DNA from: Ostrea edulis
Lineage: Eukaryota
Assembly: GCF_947568905.1 (NCBI RefSeq)
Contig: NC_079172.1
Coordinates: 31,248,001-31,312,000 of the forward strand
Length of the DNA: 64,000 nucleotides
Reading direction: 5' to 3'
Below are positions 11,722 through 23,922 of the stretch, piece after piece. Made by a program: the position numbers and the translations under genes. The first letter of the stretch is position 1. Every line of letters begins with the position of its first letter. Below the pieces are notes generated by a model. The model made no database searches and had not been told where the DNA came from. It saw nothing but the letters and a program-made list of their open reading frames with translations.

Positions 11722-12629
11722 TTTAACTCAGCCCAATGCTTGATTGTAGTACACACGAAAGATTCACACAGTATAGTATTATTTCACGCATTGAATAAAG
11801 ATGCCGTAAGGTAATACCAATATATTAATCGAATTCATATCTTATTCGCCTGTAACTGAAGGTATTGTATTGTCTATTACCAATAACCATACAGTTCATA
11901 GGTTTAACGTATATACACATACAATAATGTATACCATAATATGATTAGCATATAAAGTACGACATAATAGAGAAGACTATGCGGGATAGTAACATTGTAA
12001 CATTAATACAATTTTCTAGTGATGCCAAGCGTAGATATAGTGTAATAAATGACGTACAATGAGGATAGTGAGGAGATTCCAAATATAATGTAATAAATTT
12101 CTGCTCTTAATTTTGAACACACCGAAAAATATTTACCCAATTTACATACTCTGTAACATTTTCTGTTGATAACAGTTGAAGTTTGAGTGTAGAGGGATTT
12201 TATTAGTAATATTTTTTTATGTATATTTTCCTAACTTCATCATGAAATGGGCAGATCAGAATAAAATCAAACTCATCTTCAATCTGTGACAAAGAGTATA
12301 ATTTACAAAGTCTTTCATATCTTGGAATATTATAAAATCTTCCACGATAAATAAATTGAAAAATAAAAGAACAAATATAATAACATATTTGTGATTAAAT
12401 ATATATACGTAACTTCATAGAATCAGAGTGAATCTGAAACAATAAACCCGTCAAATCAGCAGAAAATGTCGATTCATGAATCATTGTCATCCTGTCAGTA
12501 ATTACCGCTCGTTATTTGACGTGTGAATAAACCATTGTGATTCTTGAGAAAATCATTATAGAACTTTACTAAATATTCCCTTGTTGAACTTTGAACCCTC
12601 TAATGTGGCTCCATGGAACATAGTGTGAA

Positions 12630-14585
12630 CCTGAGGGTAATTACAAACTACTTCACTAAGACTTTAGTACCTGAGAGTAATTACAAACTACTTCACTAAG
12701 ACTTTAGTACCTGAGAGTAATTACAAACTACTTCACTAAGACCTTAGTACCTGAGAGTAATTACAAACTACTTCACTAAGACCTTAGTACCTGAGAGTAA
12801 TTACAAACTACTTCACTAAGTCTTTAGTATCTGAGAGTAATTACAAACTACTTCATGAAGTATCTAGTACCTGAGGGTAATTACAAACTACTTCACTAAG
12901 TCTTTAGTACCTGAGAGTAATTACAAACTACTTCACTAAGACCTTAGTACCTGAGAGTAATTACAAACTACTTCACTAAGTCTTTAGTATCTGAGAGTAA
13001 TTACAAACTACTTCATGAAGTCTCTAGTACCTGAGGGTAATTACAAACTACTTCACTAAGTCTTTAGTATCTGAGAGTAATTACAAACTACTTCATGAAG
13101 TCTCAAGTACCTGAGGGTAATTACAAACTACTTCATGAAGTCTTTAGTACCTGAGGGTAATTACAAACTACTTCACTAAGACTTTAGTACCTGGGGGTAA
13201 TTACAAACTACTTCACTAAGACTTTAGTACCTGAGAGTAATTACAAACTACTTCACTAAGACCTTAGTACCTGAGAGTAATTACAAACTACTTCACTAAG
13301 TCTTTAGTATCTGAGGGTAATTACAAACTACTTCACAAAGTCTTTAGTATCTGAGGATAATTACAAACTACTTCATGAAGTCTCTAGTACCTGAAGGTAA
13401 TTACAAACTACTTCACGAAGTCTTTAGTACCAGGGAGTAATAACAATCTACTTCACAAAGTCTCTAGTACCTGAGGGTAATTACAAACTACTTCACGAAG
13501 TTTTTAGTACCTGAGAGTAATTACAAACTACTTCACTAAGACTTTAGTACCTGAGGGTAATTACAAACTACTTCATTAAGTCTCTAGTACCTGAGAGTAA
13601 TTACAAACTACTTCACTAAGATTTTAGTATCTGAGGGTAATTACAAACTACTTCATGAAGTCTCTAGTACCTGAGAGTAATTACAAACTACTTCACTAAG
13701 ACTCTAGTATTCGAGGGTAATTACAAACTACTTCACAAAAACTTTAGTACCTGAGGGTAATTACAAACTACTTCATGAAGTCTCTAGTACCTGAGAGTAA
13801 TTACAAACTACTTCACTAAGACTTTAGTATCTGAAAGTAATTACAAACTACTTCACTAAGACTTTAGTATTCGAGGGTAATTACAAACTACTTCACTAAG
13901 ACTTTAGTACCTGACAGTAATTACAAACTACTTCATGACGTCTCTAGTACCTGAGAGTAATTACAAACTACTTCACTATGACTTTAGTATCCGAGGGTAA
14001 TTACAAACTACTTCACTAAGACTTTAGTACCTGAGAGTAATTACAAACTACTTCACTAAGACTTTAGTACCTGAGAGTAATTACAAACTACTTCACTAAG
14101 ACTTTAGTACCTGAAGGTAATTACAAACTACTTCATGAAGTCTCTAGTACCTGAGGGTAATTACAAACTACTTCACTAAGTCTTTAGTATCTGAGAGTAA
14201 TTACAAACTACTTCATGAAGTCTCTAGTACCTGAGGGTAATTACAAACTACTTCATGAAGTCTTTAGTACCTGAGGGTAATTACAAACTACTTCACTAAG
14301 ACTTTAGTACCTGAGAGTAATTACAAACTACTTCACTAAGACTTTAGTACCTGAGAGTAATTACAAACTACTTCACTAAGACTTTAGTATCTGAGGGTAA
14401 TTACAAACTACTTCACTAAGTCTTTAGTATCTGAGAGTAATTACAAACTACTTCATGAAGTCTCTAGTACCTGAGAGTAATTACAAACTACTTCACGAAG
14501 TCTTTAGTACCTGAGGGTAATTACAAACTACTTCACTAAGACTTTAGTACCTGAGGGTAATTACAAACTACTTCATTAAGACTTG
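12630..14585. repeat. Minisatellite, 40 bp unit, ~49 copies
   Basis: CCTGAGRGTAATTACAAACTACTTCACTAAGACTTTAGTA head-to-tail with no spacers. Confidence 0.97.
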
Positions 14586-14743
14586 ATACACCCTGTTCTA
14601 TTCACGTGTAAGAAAACATACTAAGATTTCTTAACATTGGATGTAATTTGTAAAGCTTGTTTTTGTGAATGAAAGGAACAAAAGAAAAATTGAGCTATAA
14701 TTTATTGTACAGTCTTTATTGATAGAAAATTTGCAGTCAATAT

Positions 14744-17700
14744 CTAAGTCTTTGATTCTCTTATTTTATGCCACCATTGCAGAAATGATTCCCTCTTTTT
14801 CCAAATAAGGTCCTGTCCATACTTCACATACCATCTAAAAATAGAAGCAATGTCATAAAATGGTGCTGTTTTTATCTTTAAACATTGATTGTACAAGACA
14901 CACTCAGTCAACCATTCATTCGTACATCAACCATTTATTTGTCCAGTAAACCTGGCTACAGTGAAGCTATGCATTAAGTTAATGAGTGCGTTCGAGACCG
15001 CCATTCTTTGCACAAGTACAAATTCCTGCCGATCCAGAACTTCAAGTATGCATCATGAGAACGGGTTCGAGGTGCAAGAACTCACACCACCTCTGTAGGT
15101 AGTGTGGTCGAAGAACAAGAATACATTCATGTGCACATGTTCTCGTTATTCGAGACTCTAAGAACAGAGCATGAGAACAATGGAAACAACAATCTCGAAC
15201 GCACTCTAAGTGAATGTTTTGTTAAATAGACAGAGAGATGCTGATTTGAAGATCCGAGTTCAACCCATGTTAAAAGTTTCTCACACTGCTATAAATTGAG
15301 TTACCCAGCATTTTCAAACTACCCGAAATATTTTATGCTTGTTGATTGATTTTGGCTGATATTTTACATTAAGAAGTAAAAAATGAAGAAATTATATCAA
15401 GATATATTTAGAAATGAATTTTCAGTTTTTGAAAATACATGAGGGTATGAATTGTGATGCTTCACGACAGCATACTTTTCATGAAGTGTGTTAGCTCATG
15501 TATTTCCAAAAAATGAAGTTTATTTCTTATATTCATTGTTCGTTATCTTCACCTTTCACTTACATCTACAATAATTTCTGTCCGAATTCCAAACTGTTAA
15601 AATAAAATGATTATACTATATTTATCTCGATTTATATGCACATTATTCACAACTGCAACGCATTCATCAGGAAATGGCTATTATTACAATTTGTAAAGAT
15701 ATCAAAAGCAAAATATTGGAAATGTAAATATATGAATAAAATGATTATATTCAAGTATAACAAAGAAATTTAATACAACACATCAAGTAAACATGTGTAT
15801 GAGACTTTTCAAAAATTCGGTAAATACATGCATAAAACTGAGAAACCATATTAATCATTTTATTAAAATCATATTTCATATTTCATATATAGCACTTACT
15901 CCATGATACTGTATATGAGCTCTAAACTATCCAAAACCATTTGACATCCCCACAATATAATTTGCTCTCAATTTCATTTCTGAATAAATAATACTTACAT
16001 GCCAAATAAAGTCCCACCTAAATGGGCTGCATGGTCAAATAACTTCCATCTTAACAATATTCCCAAGGTATCCAAAGTTATTAATCCAATAAGGCCCTGG
16101 TGACAAGAAAATATATCTACGCATTGAACGGTTATATTTATAAACAAAAATTCTGCGCTATAATGAGTCTGTAATCGATACAGTAGATCACGCTTATAGC
16201 AAGTACTGGGGAATTTTGATGCATTATAAACGTAATTCATTATATCCAATAAGATCAGAATGTTTTAAAACTACGGGGAATGAACATCACTTCACTGTAA
16301 GCGTGAATTCATTATAAGTGTGTTCACTGTAACTGTTTTACTGTAAGTGTGAATTCATTATAAGCCTGTTCATTGTAACCATATTTTACTGTAAGCTTGA
16401 ATTCATTATAAGTGTGTTCACAGTAACTGTGTTTTACTGTATGTGTGAATTCATTATAAGTATGTTCACTGTAACTGTGTTTTACTGTAAGTGTGAATTT
16501 ATTATAAGTGTGTATTCTATATAACCATGTTTTACTGTAAGTGGGAATTCATTATAAGCATGTTCACTGAAACTGTGTTTTACTGTAAGTGTGAATCCAT
16601 TATAAGTTTGTTCGCTGTAACCATGTTTTACTGTAGGTATGAATTCATTATAAGTATGTTCCATATAATCATGTTTTACTGTAAGTGTTAATTCATTGTA
16701 AGTATGTTCTATATAACCATGTTTTGCTGTATGTATGAATTCATTATAAGCATGTTTGCTGAAACTGTGTTTTATTGTAAATGGGAATTCATTATAAGCG
16801 TGTTCGCTCTAACCACCATTTACTGTAAGTATGAATTTATTGTAAGTGTATTCACTGTAACCATGTTTTATTGTAAGTGTGAATTCATTATAAGCATGTT
16901 CACTGTAACCATGTTTTACGGTAAGTATGAATTCATTATAAGTATGTTCTATATAACCATGTTTTACTGTAAGTGTGAATTCATTATAAGTATGTTCTAT
17001 ATAACCATGTTTAACTGTAAGTGTGAATTCATTATAAGTATGTTCTATATAACCATGTTTAACTGTAAATGTGAATTCATTATAAGTATGTTCTATATAA
17101 CCATGTTTTACTGTAAATGTGAATTCATTATAAGTATGTTCTATATAACCATGTTTTACTGTAAGTGTGAATTCATTATTTATAAGTGTGTTTTCTGTAA
17201 CAATGTTTAACTGTATCTACATTGTTAAGAATTGGTATTAATGTCAATGACTTGTGAACAAGTTATATACTTGTTTAACGAGATAATATAATGGATGTAT
17301 ATGATGTATCACTGCTAATTGTATTCTTTCATCTGATTTGAAATGGGATATGCACTTGTAAACTCAGGTGAGATTAGAGAATGAATTTGGCATACTGTAG
17401 TACAAATTTAAATTGATTTGAGAATTGCTGATGGTATTTACATTAAGTAATATTTGCAAGGGAGCCTACAAATACAAATTCTGTCATGACTGGTATGTGT
17501 TGACAAATATTTATAAAGGGAAAGTGATCCCAAATATCAATGCAGATTTTATTGTGCATGAAAAAAAGTTGGTCTGCACTATATGGTGTCTGACTAATGA
17601 TCAGTTTGTTTATATTCATCATTTATCATTAAGTCATTAGTGTACAAGTTATTGATAAAGCTGAGAGTAAATTTCGTTTGGATAAACTTACTGATTCTAA

Positions 17701-20700
17701 TGAGAAATTTAATATTGTACATGTATAATCTCAAAGAAAATAGTTGAACTCTGTATGCTGATTCAGCTGAAAACAAGCATATTCAGCTGAGATTCAACTG
17801 ATATTTACTCACTAATTCAATTAAGATTCAACCGATATTTACTCACTAATTTAGCCGAGATTCAACTGATATTTACTCATAAATTTTGCTGAGATTAAAC
17901 TACATGTACTTTTTAATTTTTATTCATAAATTCACCCAAGATTCAACTGATATTTACTGACTAATATAGTTGTGATTCTTAAAATACTTACTCACTAATT
18001 CGACTGAGATTCAACTGATATTTACTCACAATTTAGCTGAGATTAAACAAATACATGTATTTACCAACAAATTCTACTAACCCTCACCCTGAGATTCAAT
18101 TGATATTCAACTGATATTTACTCACGAATGTAGCTGAAATTGTACTAATATTTGCTCAGAAACTGATATTTACTCACAAATTCAGCTAAGATTCAACTGA
18201 TATTTACTCACAAATTCAGCTGAGATTCAACTGATATTTACTCACAAATTCAGCTAAGATTCAACTGATATTTACTCACAAATTCAGCTGAGATTCATCT
18301 GATAAAAGTATTTAGTGTCTTCTGATTGATTAGGCTGATAATCAGCTGGTAACAATTATAATTTTTGTGTTTATTTGCTGCTTTGAGTGAGATTAGGTTT
18401 CCCATTCATAGTCACTGATTTTTAACGAGGATGATTGTTGGTTTTATACTCATTGATTCACTCCACAATATATGCTGCATACTCACGGATTGAGCCGTAA
18501 ATGAATGTGGAAAAATCTGGTTGACGAGCGCTATACTGAGTTTGCCGTCAGGATATGTTACACATGTAGCTCCAATCAAGGCACATATGGCACCAGACTA
18601 AAAATATCAGTATTTGAAAAAAAATTTAAATACAAATATTGTAACTAAATTTTCATAATTTAACATAAAAATTTCAAGCAAAATAATTTTAGATGGTCTC
18701 ATAAGCAGATTAAATGCACTACATCTGTATAATTACTTGCTGAACAAATAAAAACATTTAAGACAAGTAAGACACTTTTCCAGTAAGAATGCTGGTGTAT
18801 GTAATCATACAGTTTCAATAGTTTTTAGCAACATAATGTTGTTTAAAAGAGTTAACTTACTGCCCCAACAGAAGCCGTGGGAATTCGCAAGAGTACTTTG
18901 TTACAAATGCTGAGAAATGATGACAAGGCAGCTGATGAAAGAAAAATACATATAATCGTATCAATCTTACGAATGCTTCAAAACGGAAATGCTCATTCTA
19001 AATGAACAAGGGGCCCTTAAATGTTTACCTCCATCCCTTCAAGATCAACTTCCTTCTTTACATTTTTTATCTTTTCTATAAAATGACCTTATTAACCTTA
19101 GTGTAGACATACTCTCAAATCATATGCACATTTTTAAAATAAGGGGGGGGGGGGGGGGGGGCAGTTGACTAGGAATGACTCTTTTTTAAAGATGTCAATT
19201 TTGCCTTGGCTAATCTCCTACAAAATCACAATGCTCCCCTGCTACTTATGTCAAGTTTCGCGTCTTGGCATGCAGCTATTCTGGAGCTGAGGACAATTTT
19301 ATCTGAGCAGATCAGAGGTTATATTTCTACTGAGACACTAAAGCAACACATATCTGGTGTACCCATAGAGATGATGCCAAATATGATAAAATTCACACCA
19401 GACAACGATAGAACTACAGACATACATATCATGAACAAATTTTTATTGGAAAATTTTCCTCAAGATTTTATTATTAAATTATGATTATTTCATTAGTGGT
19501 TTCTAAAAATGTTTCAATTTTCTAGAATTTTTTTTAAAAAATCATGTAATATTCAACATATCTTTTCAAGAAACAAACTGTGTTATATAGCTTGAGAGAA
19601 ATTCATAAATTAAACAAGTTTATATAAAGAATTAGTTCTCAGGTAATATCACAATCTAGTTAAATATAAATACTCACCACCACTTAAATACACTGCTAAA
19701 AACTGTTCCTTGCCAAACAGGTTAAGAGTAACGGCAGAAAAACTCCACAAAACATACATGTTACAGAAGAGATGGAAAAAGTTGTCGTGACTGAATGCAG
19801 CGAAAAATCCCCCGAAGACAGACTGACCTACAACATGGATAAATTAAATTATACATCAGCAAAACAAACTAAGTTACACCACACAATTAACCTTTCCCAG
19901 AAATACATCATTTACTGTTATAACATTAACCTTTGACCTTTTGACCCAAAGTTCACTCAAAATCCCCACTCCCTGATATATCTCAGTCTGTGGTGAATGG
20001 GAGACTGATATTTAGAATAATTATCATTCATCTAGATATGGTGTCCTCTATTTCAGATACATAAATAGATATTTTGATTTATACAAAGCTGTATGAAGAA
20101 TTCATTGTCTGTGCCTTGTAAAAAAAACTCTCTAATTTCCTGTATACAAGGAAATATTCACCCCCATTTTATTTTTGCTATCAATGTCCATGTCAGAGTG
20201 AATTTAAGACTGAACAAAACAAAACTCTTTTCTTTTTTAACATGACTGTGTCTGAGACAGTGAATTTAAGATGAGGCAAGACCATCTGCAAGTGTTGAAG
20301 GGTAAAATAACACAGCAAAAATAACCCTGTACACAGTATCTAGCAGACTGAGACAGAACACTAACAAAAGCAAGCTCTTGTCAAATTCATATCTCAAAAT
20401 GATACATTAATGTTGCAGGGTTGGAAACTCAATGAGATTATGAGCCAATCACAAGACGGCCCGCAACACTCATAAGTTGTCAGTCCTGTTCAAAATCTGT
20501 CAGTCCTAATTTTCAGTTTTGTGATGTTTATTATTTTACACAAATGAATTTACTAACAAAGCTTATTCATGACATTTGTTGTTGTGCACTGTTTGTTAAA
20601 ATTAGCCCGACCACAGGGCTATCAAATGAAATTTTGTCCCCTCCTGCCTGAGAAATAAACTGTCTTTGGCAGTCAGGCGGACCATAATTCCCAACCCTGC

Positions 20701-23628
20701 TGTTGTATATTTACGCAGCATTGATATGATAATCAAAAGTTTATTTCACAGAGAGAAAATGATCTACATACTTCGACAAGGAGAGCAAAGGAAATATCTC
20801 TGCATGAAAGGAAGAAGACGAGGAATTTTCCACATGGCGAACACTGCCACATTCGCCACAATGATCCCGCTCACCAAGTTTGTCTGCAAAAAACGAAGCC
20901 AAATAAGATACAACCTGTTCCAATCACACACGTAAACACCAATAAACATCTGTAGTTCTTGCAGACTAAGTTTCTTACAAAATCTACGTAGTGCATTCTG
21001 AATTCACCGTGCGCGTTTATTTGATGTTTCACTTCCTTGATTTTTTGCTTAATGTTTTCATACTGCCATATCATAGATCCAACGAAACTGCATCCACACA
21101 CCTACAACAATAAGAACAGGAATTTAAAATGATAAGAATTCAAATCATAAAATGTTCAAAAACACATTTAAGTTTCTAATTCCATTTATTGTACAAACAA
21201 GAGGCCCATGGGCCTTAACAGTCACCCGATTAACATGTAACAATTCCTCTATAGGCAACTCCACCAAACATTTTTAAAAACATGAAAATAAATTGTCCTT
21301 AATTTTCCAGATTCAGTTTATTTATTTCAAAATTAATATGCTATGATTGCCGCTCCCCGACGCCTCAGTAACTAGTCCAGGGGTCATCTATTCCACTATT
21401 TTGGTAGAAGTCTTCATAACTATAGTTTGCTGGAAATTTTTTATAACCATGTATGCAGTATTTCTTCACAATACATAGAAGGAAGGTATTCAGACATCAA
21501 ATGGATTTTCACTTTATACCCATTTGGAAAGATTTTATAGAATGCATAATTTGCTATGGTTTTGACCCCACCTGACAATCCTCATTGACCATGAAATTCA
21601 TAATTTTAGTTCCCCTTTTACCCTCAAAGATGTGCCATGTACTTTGAATGAAGTTGATTTCGTTGAAATGTTATAACATGATAGATGATGACAAACACCT
21701 ACCAATTGCAATAGGTCATCTGACCAAGTAATTCAGGTGACCTCACTATTGATTTTTTTTTTCTAATAAAATTTATTTCATAGAACAAATTGTGAAAAAA
21801 AAAATAAAAAATTAGAAACAAACAGAATACAATGTAGAGTGTATAGAGTATTGATAAGAAAAGACAAAGAGAATTTCTCAAAATTCTGAAAAATTCAGTC
21901 AATACAAATTTCAAACCTTACAGTGACTGTTAACTGGAAGTGTTTGAAGAGACGAGAACCATCACTCTCATATTCCGGATACGGCGTCTTCTTTGTGCCT
22001 CGACCTCCTCGAATAAACTGTTTCTGGATTAAGGAACCATTTTCCCCCTTTGGCAAAAGCAGTCTACTTGAGCACACATCTTTTAAACCATGACTGTTTC
22101 TGCATATGGATGTTAAACTAAAAATAAAATAAATAAATAAAGATATGGGACTGCATATCTGTACATGCACATTCAGAACATTACAACACAAGATTAGACA
22201 CAAATGTAATTAGGAAACTAAATTAATTCGGGCCTCCACTTTAGAGACTTGTTGCGGATTTATTCATTATCACTAATTAGTGGTGTTTTTCTCAAGTTTA
22301 TTCCAAAAGGGTTGCAAGTTTCCTATGGGTCAACATAACATTGCAAACTCTAAATATTTAAATAATGCAAAGAATAGAACTAGAATACAAAATTATATGA
22401 ATCTAAATGCATTAAATACATTCTGCTAATATATTTGTCAGTTTTGACATTATTATGCGATACAATGAAAAGCTACTTCTGAATTGAATCTAATACTGCT
22501 GAAACAGATACTCGATTCCTTAATAGCAAGACTTGTGCTCCATTATTGATGTCTCCAGTTTGAAGTTCTACTCAACATTTCACTGGATGTAACAGGAAGG
22601 GAGAAAATGCAATAGATCAGATTGGGATTCAAATCCAGAATAGCTAGTCAGGCACTCTACCAACTTAACTATCTGGCCACTGACGATCAAACCTGTGACA
22701 TCTGACCACTACATACCTCCCTCCTTAAATGCACACTTTACGACATCTATTGAGGACCTTTATCCCCCAGCAGACTTCCACCTGTCAATTCAAGGGGTGA
22801 TCTACGGCACCATGTGTAACAGGAAGGGAGAAAATGCAATGGAGCATATAAGGATTCCAACCCAGAACCTCTGAATCTCTAGTCAGGTGCTATACCAACT
22901 AAGTTATTTGGCCAACGGCTATCAAACTCAAACTTTAAATACCAAAGTTATGAAAATCTTTCACAGTAGTTAGAGCAATTGCTTTGGAACCAGGAAGTCC
23001 CTGATTTGATTCTCGCTCCAAACACCAGGTCCAATTTTCAATCCTGATGTCATTTCAAAGTTTGAAATAGCAACTGTTGTTTTACAAAGCATTAGAGATG
23101 AAAGTCAAAGATCTTCTGGATATAAAAAATGGAAGTCCCGTGTCACAGTAGGTATTGGTACCATAAAGAACCCTCACTGCTACTGTGAGTAGCGTAATGC
23201 ATTGGTTAAAATTTTGTGGCACTTCTTCACCTAAAGCTGGCGACATCTTAATCTCAGCGAGATTCGTCGAGGCTGGATATTTGGACTGACGCCTCTTCCG
23301 AAGAATGAGATTAGCAACATCTCAGTACAAGTAGAAAACTAGAAAATTCTACAAAACTTGGTAACACTTCGTAATAACAGTTTAAGATTTCATATCAGTA
23401 TCAGACATATTAGTTTTGCAATAATTAACATGATGATTAATCAAAAAATAGTCTACAGTAATAAAATAATTAATGTCCGTTCACTGTATTATTGCATAAG
23501 AGGGTAATATGACACTGAGCAAATTCGCGCTGAATTGAACCTTGCATATCTACTGTTTGATAGTTACTGTACCTTTCCAACGATCGCTTTGCCGGAAACC
23601 TACATAACACTATTAAAGATCCTGACAT
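14744..23628 (-). CDS. PARL: Presenilin-associated rhomboid-like protease, mitochondrial (9 exons, ~335 aa)
   Basis: Exons: 23628-23573, 22117-21922, 21101-20979, 20883-20772, 19827-19678, 18931-18861, 18597-18487, 16096-15999, 14834-14744. All introns are GT-AG with matching phases. Motifs: IWQYE, GIIVANVAVFAMW, FSH..FFHLFCNMYVLWSF, GKEQFLAVYLSG, catalytic GA|SG, FDHAAHLGG, WYVKYGQDLIWK. AATAAA on the minus strand at ~14720 and ~14706. Confidence 0.95.
16181..17213. mobile_element. TA-flanked MITE whose terminal 48 bp is amplified ~19 times (PARL intron)
   Basis: TA|CAGTAGATCACGCTTATAGC at the left end and ...TGTTTAACTG|TA at the right. The 48 bp unit GTAAGTGTGAATTCATTATAAGTATGTTCTATATAACCATGTTTTACT runs from ~16296. 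A single-unit sibling is at 25343-25540. Confidence 0.8.
17765..18300. repeat. Minisatellite, ~34 bp unit (PARL intron)
   Basis: GCTGAGATTCAACTGATATTTACTCACAAATTCA repeated with variation. Confidence 0.88.
21196..21743 (-). mobile_element. Non-autonomous Helentron/HINE-like element
   Basis: Begins AACAAGAGGCCCATGGG, the reverse complement of the 3' end of the element at 26186-28946. Ends TCAGGTGACC, the reverse complement of that element's 5' GGTCACCTGA. Confidence 0.65.
22588..22912 (-). repeat. Two tandem (~227 bp apart) tRNA-derived SINE-head-like segments
   Basis: TGTAACAGGAAGGGAGAAAATGCAAT at 22588 and 22815, each followed by a degenerate reverse-strand B-box/A-box-like sequence. Confidence 0.5.
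22960..23275 (+). mobile_element. Degenerate CORE-type SINE
   Basis: GTCCCGTGTCACAGTAGGT...AAAGAACCCTCACTGCT at ~23135-23180 matches the core of the SINE at 31061-31400. Confidence 0.6.
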
Positions 23629-23922
23629 TCTAACTTTTTATTTACATAATAAACTCATTCAAACTTCTCTCAAACTCAAAAAAGTTGATTCACACGTCTT
23701 TGATTCACACACTCAGAACGATTGAATAATTTCCGAAGGTGTCCGAAAGACTCGCTATAGCATCACCAAAATGTTTTACATGCACGAAAATATGCCCGTG
23801 TAAGCTGAAATTTGTATAACCTCGAATGACACATGACATATTCGGGAGAGGAAGATCTCAGATGTAAACAATCTGATTTTTGAGATTTTTGCCATAAAGT
23901 TGGAGTTTTGAAATCTAAGAAG
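23629..23922. promoter_or_regulatory. Putative bidirectional promoter between PARL and RUBCN
   Basis: Only 294 bp separate the divergent inferred start codons, so both 5' UTRs and both promoters must fit here unless there are upstream non-coding exons. TSSs were not determined. Confidence 0.6.

Noticed and set aside
12630-14585. 40 bp array as a CRISPR array
   Set aside because: Units are contiguous with no unique spacers, there are no cas genes, and the context is eukaryotic.
15900-15921. Possible 22 nt PARL micro-exon (TTAG|...|GTAAGT on the minus strand)
   Set aside because: Exon 16096-15999 joins 14834 in the correct phase and restores the conserved GIWYV motif. Including this piece shifts the frame and its polypyrimidine tract is weak. 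It could only be revived by junction reads.
16704-17210. 168 aa ORF with MFYITMFYCKCEFIIS repeats
   Set aside because: It is a translation of the 48 bp (16-codon) tandem unit, antisense within a PARL intron.
19206-19484. 92 aa ORF antisense within a PARL intron
   Set aside because: TTG start, no motif, and the flanks look like repeat remnants.
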